DNA of 5,142 nucleotides from Escherichia coli (GTDB lineage Bacteria; Pseudomonadota; Gammaproteobacteria; Enterobacterales; Enterobacteriaceae): NCBI RefSeq assembly GCF_003334315.1, contig NZ_QOWR01000097.1; one strand, 5' to 3'. Shown piece by piece: positions 1 to 5,142 of this stretch (position 1 is its first letter; each line of letters starts with the position of its first letter). The notes under the pieces were generated by a model. It saw only the letters and a program-made list of their open reading frames with translations, ran no database searches and was not told where the DNA came from. The position numbers and the translations under genes were made by a program.

Positions 1-149
1 GGTTGAGAAGCGGTGTAAGTGAACTGCAGTTGCCATGTTTTACGGCAGTGAGAGCAGAGATAGCGCTGATGTCCGGCGGTGCTTTTGCCGTTACGCACCA
101 CCCCGTCAGTAGCTGAACAGGAGGGACAGCTGATAGAAACAGAAGCCAC
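1..149 (-). CDS. insA: IS1 InsA (transposition regulator / N-terminal part of InsAB' transposase), N-terminal ~49 codons only; the 3' part lies outside the window
   Basis: GTG start at 149-147 on the minus strand; translation is [49 protein letters not shown]..., the zinc-finger N-terminus of InsA. It is absent from the ORF track only because it has no stop inside the window and falls under the length cut-off. Confidence 0.85.
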   Translation of the reverse strand, partial: MASVSISCPSCSATDGVVRNGKSTAGHQRYLCSHCRKTWQLQFTYTASQ

Positions 150-204
150 TGGAGCACCTCAAAAACACCATCATACACTAAATCAGTAAGTTGGCATCAT
201 CACC
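1..204 (-). mobile_element. IS1 insertion sequence, left-end portion (left inverted repeat plus start of insA); the element continues beyond the left edge of the window
   Basis: Reverse complement of 1-204 reads GGTGATGATGCCAACTTACTGATTTAGTGTATGATGGTGTTTTTGAGGTGCTCCAGTGGCTTCTGTTTCTATCAGCTGTCC..., which matches my recollection of the IS1 left terminus and insA 5' region apart from one base in the terminal repeat. The terminal GGTGATG lies at 198-204, directly abutting the usher reading frame. Confidence 0.88.
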
Positions 205-2339
205 TCGACTATGATATTGGGCATTTTAACCTAAAATTAAGCGTGCCCCAAGCCTATGTTCTGGAATATGAACATGGCTATGTTCCGCCTGAAGCATGGG
301 ATCGCGGGATTAACGCATTATATACATCTTATTATGCCAGTCAGTATTACAGTGATTATAAAAACGGCGGAGATGATAAAAGTAGCTATCTAAATCTGAA
401 CAGTGGGTTAAATCTCCTGGGCTGGCAGCTGCATTCAAATGCCAATTATACGAAAAGCGACGAAAACAGCGGTAAATGGAAGAGTAACACGCTATATCTG
501 GAACGTGGAATTCCACAAATTCTCGGCACGTTTCGCGCAGGTGAAATGTATACTGGTTCTGATGTTTTTGACTCCGTGCGTTTTCGCGGCGTGCGCCTTT
601 GGCGCGATATGCAGATGTTACCGAACTCTAAACAGAATTTTACTCCTGTGGTACGCGGCGTTGCCCAGAGTAACGCACTCGTCACCATAGAACAAAATGG
701 TTTTGTGGTTTACCAGAAAGAAGTACCGCCAGGCCCATTCGCCATTGATGATTTGCAACTTTCTAATGGTGGGGCAGATTTGGAAGTTATCGTCAAAGAA
801 GCTGATGGTTCAACGTCGTACTATCGGGTGCCTTATTCATCGGTGCCAAATATGTTGCAACCTGGCGTTTCTAAATATGAATTTTCAGCCGGACGTAGTC
901 ATATTGAAGGAGCCAGCAATCAATCTGATTTTATCCAGGGAAGCTATCAGCATGGTTTCAACAATTTGCTGACAGGTTATGGCGGCACGCTGTTATCTGA
1001 TAATTACTCATCGTTTGTTCTTGGAACAGGATGGAATACACCTATTGGTGCTATATCGGTTGATTTTACCCATTCATACAGCAAGCAAGACAACGGTGAT
1101 GTGTTTAACGGTCAAAGTTATCAGATTGCCTGGAATAAATATCTCTCTCAGAGCGGAACACAATTTTCTCTGGCGGCCTGGCGTTATTCCTCTCGGGGTT
1201 ATCGTACTTTTAACGATCATGTATGGGCAAATAACAAAAATAGATACAATCGAGAAGACAACTCAGGCTATGACATTGCCAACTACTACCAGTATGATTT
1301 TGGTCGCAAGAATAGCTTTTCTTTAAATATCAACCAGTCATTACCGGAAAATTGGGGGTATCTGGCGATCAGCGGTCAATGGCGAGATTACTGGGAACGT
1401 AGCGGGACAGGGAAAAATTACCAACTAAGCTATACGAACTCATGGGAACGTCTAAGTTATACCTTGTCGGTTAGCCAGACATACGATGAGGATAACAGCG
1501 AAGACAGACGCATTAACTTATTTTTCTCAATCCCCTTCTCGTGGGGTGATAATATCACCGAAAAACGACGAGATTTATTTATCTCTAACTCGACCACATT
1601 TGATAAAGACGGCTACCAGTCAAATACTACCAGCCTCAGTGGTGTAGCTGGGAACCGTGATCAGTTCAGCTACGGGGCTAACTTTAGCCATCAACAACAG
1701 GACAGCGAAGCAACAGCAGGTGGAAATCTGATTTGGCGTGCGCCAGTGGCTACCATTGGTGGCAGCTATAGCCAGTCGAAAAAATATCAACAGATAAGTG
1801 GTAATATTCAAGGTGGTTTAGTCGCGTGGTCAGACGGGATAGCACTGGCTCCCAGACTTTCAGATACATTTGCCATCGTCCATGCTCCGGGGCTGGATGG
1901 GGCTGCGGTACAGGGGTATCGTTACCTGAGCACGGATAGCCGAGGTTACGCTATTTATGACAGCCTGACGCCGTATCGTAAAAACACGTTGATGCTGGAT
2001 ACTTCTGACAGTCAAAGCGATGTGGCACTACTGGGCAACCGTAAAAGCACCGCTCCTTATCGTGGGGCCGTTGTGATGACGCAGTTTGATACTGACAAAC
2101 GTAAACCCTGGTATTTCCTTGCTCAGCGCCCGGATGGTTCTCCATTATCGTTCGGTTATGAAGTTGAAGATGAAAGCGGTAAGAATGTGGGCTTGGTAGG
2201 ACAGGGAAGTCGGATATTTATTCGCACTGATGATGTTCCCGCATCGATTCGCGTCTCGGTTAATAAACAGCAGGAACAATTCTGTACTATTACCTTTGAT
2301 AAAGTTATCGAAGAGAATAAAGTTTATATTTGTCGTTAA
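205..2339 (+). pseudogene. Chaperone-usher pathway outer-membrane fimbrial usher (FimD/PapC family), 5'-truncated by the IS1 insertion; lacks signal peptide and N-terminal chaperone-binding domain
   Basis: A continuous frame-0 ORF runs from the IS1 junction at 205 to the TAA at 2337-2339 (the ORF track shows 698 aa from an internal GTG at 243). The translation ...DYDIGHFNLKLSVPQAYVLEYEHGYVPPEAWDRGINALYTSYY... aligns with roughly residue 120-140 of FimD-type ushers (FimD has ...LNLTIPQAFMSNRARGYIPPELWDPGINAG...). It also carries the conserved usher stretches VTIEQNGFVVYQKEVPPGPFAIDDL and VKEADGSTSYYRVPYSSVP and a C-terminal ...C..R end. There is no Shine-Dalgarno sequence before the GTG at 243, and the true 5' end is missing. 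Confidence 0.85.
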
Positions 2340-2349
2340 AGGATTTTTT

Positions 2350-3360
2350 ATGAAGAAGTATTGGTTTTTGTTTTTGTTGATTATTCCATTTTTTGGGCAG
2401 GCGAAATGTACCCCTAAGGGAACTTGGACAGCAACTCAACCAATTACACTGGACTTAACAACGGATTCAACAATAGTAAGTTTTAATCCCAACCTGCAAG
2501 GATCTTATGAATGTAACTCGAGGGGGGATAAGATGTATTTTGCAACAACGTTAGATGACTATATTGTTGAAATGAAAGATGGCTCCAGCAATAAGTCTAT
2601 TTTTATTAAATTAAAGCTTGAGGCTGATGGATTTCCTGTAGAAACGAGTGGTTCGCTTCTGTCGCCTAAAACCTATTCTGTTGCTGATACCATTAATAAT
2701 AAACAACTGAAGTTAACGGCCTCATATATACCACCAACTGAATATAGAAGTGATCGTGGTGAAGCGGTAGAGGGGGATTCATTCGAATTGAAAAAAGCGG
2801 CGGCTAATTTTTTGTCTGATAATACATGTAGTTCAAATATTCTTTCATGGATAGCATGCTATGTTTTGGGATTGTTAAATAAAGGTGAAGCTTACGAACA
2901 AAAACTAACCATTAATGTTAAACACAAACCCACAACCTGTCGTTTCTCGCAACCGACTTACGAAATAAGAATACCAGAAACAACGATAAGTGAAATGCTA
3001 TCTGCCAATAACTCAAAATCAGGTTCTGTAGATCTGGTCCTAAATTGCGATAGTGTCTATAACGTCACGACTAATCCAGTGACTTTTAAAGTTGAGCGTG
3101 GTGTGTGGGATGATAGTGGAACAATATTGAAAAATACATTGTCCGATGGTGCTAAGGGTGTAGGGTTCCAGATTTACAATGGTAATGCAACGACACCGTT
3201 AAAGCTGGGCGATACCCTGATGAACAGATTACCTAAAATGGCGGCTATTCAGGAGCAGTACATCTTCCCGATTACCGCAAAATACGTTCGCGTGAAAGAG
3301 GAAGCTTTACAGCCTGGGGAAGTTCAAGGCCAGGCGATATTTGCCGTATCCTACGACTAA
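2350..3360 (+). CDS. Fimbrial tip adhesin-like protein (two-domain: N-terminal putative lectin domain plus C-terminal pilin domain), secreted, 336 aa
   Basis: ATG at 2350 is preceded by AGGA at 2340-2343 and lies 10 bp after the usher stop. The N-terminus MKKYWFLFLLIIPFFGQA|KC is a classic Sec signal peptide. The C-terminal ~120 aa end ...GEVQGQAIFAVSYD, with the conserved Gly and penultimate Tyr typical of chaperone-usher pilin domains. Its size and position directly downstream of the usher match FimH-like adhesins. The first 40 codons of ORF-track ORF 2230..3360 overlap the usher 3' end and are not part of the gene. Confidence 0.72.
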   Translation: MKKYWFLFLLIIPFFGQAKCTPKGTWTATQPITLDLTTDSTIVSFNPNLQGSYECNSRGDKMYFATTLDDYIVEMKDGSSNKSIFIKLKLEADGFPVETSGSLLSPKTYSVADTINNKQLKLTASYIPPTEYRSDRGEAVEGDSFELKKAAANFLSDNTCSSNILSWIACYVLGLLNKGEAYEQKLTINVKHKPTTCRFSQPTYEIRIPETTISEMLSANNSKSGSVDLVLNCDSVYNVTTNPVTFKVERGVWDDSGTILKNTLSDGAKGVGFQIYNGNATTPLKLGDTLMNRLPKMAAIQEQYIFPITAKYVRVKEEALQPGEVQGQAIFAVSYD

Positions 3361-3387
3361 TGAGCATGGTGGTTAGTCGCTACTTTT

Positions 3388-3422
3388 CACGTACTTTCGG
3401 AGAGAAAGTACGTGTGTTTTTA
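3388..3422 (+). terminator. Rho-independent terminator of the fimbrial operon
   Basis: Perfect 11-bp stem CACGTACTTTC (3388-3398) / GAAAGTACGTG (3404-3414) with a 5-nt loop GGAGA, followed by TGTTTTTA; it lies 28 bp after the adhesin stop. Confidence 0.65.
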
Positions 3423-3479
3423 TCCAGAGCGCCCTAAAACCCCGTCCTTCAGAGTGGAGGTATAAGGCGCACTGGATAA
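3420..3479. repeat. Near-perfect 14-bp inverted repeat flanking a 32-bp spacer, in the intergenic region between the fimbrial terminator and the phd promoter
   Basis: TTATCCAGAGCGCC (3420-3433) and GGCGCACTGGATAA (3466-3479) pair at 13 of 14 positions; the spacer is CTAAAACCCCGTCCTTCAGAGTGGAGGTATAA. Function unknown. Confidence 0.4.
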
Positions 3480-3484
3480 AATGA

Positions 3485-3544
3485 TGGAGTAGTGGGCAAT
3501 TAAGTTCTATAATTGTGTACACATATTGAGTACATGAGGTGTTT
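3485..3544 (+). promoter_or_regulatory. phd-doc promoter/operator region: -10-like TATAAT, palindromic Phd operator sites and Shine-Dalgarno sequence
   Basis: TATAAT at 3508-3513; perfect 8-bp palindrome GTGTACAC at 3515-3522 and a related GAGTACAT site at 3528-3535, whose centres are 13 bp apart; GAGG at 3536-3539 sits 5 nt before the ATG at 3545. Autoregulation by Phd/Doc binding to paired palindromes in the promoter is established for the P1 module. The -35 element is not convincing by eye. Confidence 0.5.
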
Positions 3545-3766
3545 ATGCAATCTATTAACTTCCGTACCGCACGCAGCAATCTTACCGAAGTGCTCAACAA
3601 TGTTGAAGCCGGAGAAGAGGTTGAAATCACCCGTAGAGGTCGTGAGCCAGCTGTAATTGTCAGCAAGGCCACTTTCGAAGCCTACAAAAAAGCGGCGCTG
3701 GATGCTGAATTCGCATCCCTGTTTGACACTCTGGACACCACCAATAAGAAACTGGTTAACCGATAA
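3545..3766 (+). CDS. phd: Phd antitoxin (Phd/YefM family), 73 aa
   Basis: Translation [73 protein letters not shown] closely matches my recollection of phage P1 Phd in sequence and length. The ORF track starts at GTG 3539, but ATG 3545 with its upstream GAGG is the likely start. The stop overlaps the doc start in a TAATG arrangement. Confidence 0.9.
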   Translation: MQSINFRTARSNLTEVLNNVEAGEEVEITRRGREPAVIVSKATFEAYKKAALDAEFASLFDTLDTTNKKLVNR

Positions 3767-4143
3767 TGAGGCATATATCACCGGAAGAGCTTATTGCAAT
3801 TCATGATGCGAATATAAGCCGCTACGGCGGCCTGCCAGGCATGTCAGATTCGGGAAGAGCTGAGGCTATTATCGGGAGAGTCCAGGCCAGAGTTGCATAT
3901 GAAGAGATTACCGGCCTTTTCGAAGTCTCCGCAACTTACCTGGTGGCTACTGCGAGAGGGCATATATTCAATGATGCCAATAAGCGTACCGCGCTAAACA
4001 GTGCGTTGTTATTTCTGCGCCGTAACGGTGTGCAGGTATATGATTCACCAGAACTGGCAGAGCTTACTGTGGGGGCTGCGACCGGAGAGGTATCCGTATC
4101 TACTGTCGTTGCCACGTTACGTAGATTGTATGGTACGGCGTAG
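3766..4143 (+). CDS. doc: Doc toxin (Fic-fold kinase that phosphorylates EF-Tu), 125 aa
   Basis: Translation [90 protein letters not shown]... closely matches my recollection of P1 Doc and includes the intact Fic-type catalytic motif HIFNDANKR. Its ATG overlaps the phd stop by 1 nt (TAATG), consistent with translational coupling. Confidence 0.9.
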   Translation: MRHISPEELIAIHDANISRYGGLPGMSDSGRAEAIIGRVQARVAYEEITGLFEVSATYLVATARGHIFNDANKRTALNSALLFLRRNGVQVYDSPELAELTVGAATGEVSVSTVVATLRRLYGTA

Positions 4144-4186
4144 TAAATTAATGGTACGCAAATACAACAAATTGTCCCGTGACGCG

Positions 4187-4468
4187 TTAAAGATGCTTCT
4201 TGATGGGGTGAGCAGCCGCAAGGTTAAGCAATACCTGGTGAGTAAGAAAATTTTTCCTCAGCTCACGTATTTCGATTTGTTCTGGTGTCATCGGAGAGGC
4301 TTTTGGTGTTTTGTCCCGAAGCTCATCACGCAGCAGTTTGACCCATCTTGCCATTGTGGAAAGGCCGACATCCATAGCTTTGGCGGCATCTGCCACCGTG
4401 TAGTTCTGGTCAACAACCAGTTGAGTGGATTCGCGTTTAAACTCTGCGCTGAACTTTCTTTTTTTCAT
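4187..4468 (-). pseudogene. insN: Truncated IS3-family transposase OrfA (IS911 OrfA/InsN-like) retaining the N-terminal helix-turn-helix; last ~21 codons derive from unrelated flanking sequence
   Basis: ATG at 4468-4466 (minus strand); translation [72 protein letters not shown] matches IS911 OrfA, then diverges into [21 protein letters not shown]. The leucine-zipper region, the frameshift site and orfB are all absent. Confidence 0.8.
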
Positions 4469-4540
4469 TGGAGCACCTGTGTTGTTCTGAGGTGAGCATA
4501 TCACCTCTGTTCAGGTGGCCAAATTCAGTGTGCCACCTCA
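4251..4540 (-). mobile_element. IS911-like (IS3 family) element, left-end remnant of about 290 bp (left inverted repeat plus 5' part of orfA); the rest of the element is absent
   Basis: Reverse complement of 4466-4540 reads TGAGGTGGCACACTGAATTTGGCCACCTGAACAGAGGTGATATGCTCACCTCAGAACAACACAGGTGCTCCAATG..., which matches my recollection of the IS911 left end (TGAAGTGGCACACTG...) and orfA start. Protein similarity to IS911 OrfA ends after ...IEIRELRK, near nucleotide 4251. Confidence 0.8.
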
Positions 4541-4622
4541 TACATAAGTGTTAATGAGGGGCGGGGATAATTTGCCTTACCATCAACTTTCGTCAGCATT
4601 ACCAAAGAAAATGGTCATTCAC

Positions 4623-4659
4623 AGCACTCCGGGCAATCTGCCCGGAGTGCTTACTATTT
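4623..4659. terminator. Perfect hairpin with flanking T-rich tracts at the 3' end of the integrase gene; probable intrinsic terminator, possibly bidirectional
   Basis: 13-bp perfect stem AGCACTCCGGGCA (4623-4635) / TGCCCGGAGTGCT (4639-4651) with a 3-nt loop ATC. On the + strand it is followed directly by TACTATTTT; on the - strand it starts 2 nt after the integrase stop (4654-4656) and is followed after a 10-nt gap by CATTTTCTTT. Confidence 0.55.
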
Positions 4660-5142
4660 TAATGGATTGTTAATCTTTGCATACTCAAAGGGGCTGATAT
4701 GCTCTTCTCGATTTGCATCCAGAAAATCCGCCCACCACTGTAGCATCAGTCGGCGTTCTTCCAGGTGTTCGGCTTTATGGATATAAGCTGCTCGTACTCC
4801 GTTACGCTCCTGATGACTCATCTGCCTTTCAACAGCATCGCGGGACCACAAACCTGATTCAATCAGCGCACTGCATGCCATAGTCCGGAATCCATGACCA
4901 CAGACGTCCTTGGTTGTGTCATACCCCATTACCCTCAGGGCTTTATTTACGGTGTTTTCACTGATTGGTTTACGCGGGTCATGTGCTCCCGTAAAGATCA
5001 GACCATTTTCGCCTGCCCATGCCTGAAGTTCTGCCAGTATGGCTACAGCCTGTTTGCTGAGAGGAACAAGATGTGGTGTTCGCATCTTGGAGCCCCGGTG
5101 TGAGAATTTTACGCCAGGCAGAGGTTCGCGTTCGGCTGGAAT
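4654..5142 (-). CDS. P4-family (CP4-57 IntA-like) tyrosine recombinase/integrase, C-terminal catalytic part; the N-terminal part lies beyond the right edge of the window
   Basis: The minus-strand frame stays open from the window edge (…IPAEREPLPGVKFSHRGSKMRTPHLVPLSKQAVAIL…) to the TAG at 4656-4654. It contains the catalytic-domain hallmarks HGFRTMACSALIESGLW (H-x-x-R) and RAAYIH (nucleophilic Tyr region), and the C-terminus ...LMLQWWADFLDANREEHISPFEYAKINNPLK is typical of P4-like island integrases. The Met at 5085 reported by the ORF track is internal. Confidence 0.88.
   Translation of the reverse strand: MPAEREPLPGVKFSHRGSKMRTPHLVPLSKQAVAILAELQAWAGENGLIFTGAHDPRKPISENTVNKALRVMGYDTTKDVCGHGFRTMACSALIESGLWSRDAVERQMSHQERNGVRAAYIHKAEHLEERRLMLQWWADFLDANREEHISPFEYAKINNPLK

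Noticed and set aside
243-245. GTG at 243 as a genuine start codon giving a 698-aa usher
   Set aside because: The reading frame is open and usher-like back to the IS1 junction at 205, and there is no Shine-Dalgarno sequence before 243. A product starting here would lack the signal peptide and N-terminal domain, so this is just the first start-like codon inside a truncated gene.
310-2145. Seven short ORFs nested inside the usher region (310..516 -, 439..690 +, 446..688 -, 697..972 +, 979..1326 +, 1620..1811 -, 1951..2145 -)
   Set aside because: All lie in alternative frames or antisense within a well-supported usher reading frame. Their translations are low-complexity or Cys/Arg-rich with no recognisable domains and no ribosome-binding sites, so they are frame artefacts.
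2230-2349. N-terminal 40-codon extension of the adhesin ORF (track ORF 2230..3360)
   Set aside because: The extension overlaps the 3' end of the usher in another frame and has no ribosome-binding site. The ATG at 2350 has an AGGA Shine-Dalgarno sequence and begins a canonical signal peptide.
3373-3781. Minus-strand ORFs 3373..3672 (99 aa) and 3500..3781 (93 aa)
   Set aside because: They are antisense to the phd gene, its promoter and the fimbrial terminator, with no domain-like sequence. The phd frame on the + strand explains the region.
4144-4250. Possible small gene or further IS remnant between doc and the IS911 breakpoint
   Set aside because: The only reading frame is the C-terminal tail of the chimeric orfA remnant, and I recognise no other similarity. 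It is left as unidentified junction sequence.
4001-4495. Plus-strand ORF of 164 aa spanning the doc 3' end and the IS911 remnant
   Set aside because: It overlaps the doc 3' end in another frame and runs antisense through the IS911 orfA remnant. The Cys/Trp-rich translation has no recognisable fold, so it is a spurious ORF created by the two real genes.
4894-5103. Plus-strand ORF of 69 aa
   Set aside because: It is antisense to the well-supported integrase catalytic domain and has no ribosome-binding site.
1-5142. CRISPR arrays, tRNA/rRNA genes or tandem direct repeats
   Set aside because: I found no regularly spaced direct repeats and no tRNA-like cloverleaf candidates by eye. The only repeats are the inverted repeats and hairpins listed above.

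Overview
This 5.1-kb window is a mosaic accessory segment of the kind found in E. coli/Shigella-type Enterobacteriaceae; it holds no wholly new system that I can support. Left to right: (1) 1-204 is the left end of an IS1 element with the start of insA reading leftwards off the window. (2) 205-2339 (+) is a FimD/PapC-family fimbrial usher gene missing roughly its first 130 codons because of the IS1 insertion, though its C-terminus is intact. (3) 2350-3360 (+) is an intact, visibly AT-rich gene for a 336-aa secreted two-domain fimbrial tip-adhesin-like protein, followed by a strong intrinsic terminator. (4) 3485-4143 (+) is a complete phd-doc toxin-antitoxin operon with its promoter/operator, closely matching the phage P1 addiction module as far as I can recall it. 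(5) 4251-4540 (-) is a truncated IS911-like (IS3 family) left end with an orfA remnant fused to unrelated sequence. (6) 4654-5142 (-) is the C-terminal catalytic part of a P4-family tyrosine integrase that runs off the right edge, with a perfect 13-bp hairpin just past its stop codon. No rRNA, tRNA or CRISPR array was seen. The points most worth following up are the IS1-inactivated fimbrial operon with its surviving divergent adhesin, the P1-type addiction module sitting in island cargo, and an unexplained near-perfect 14-bp inverted repeat upstream of the phd promoter. All family assignments come from reading the translations and from remembered sequences, not from database searches.
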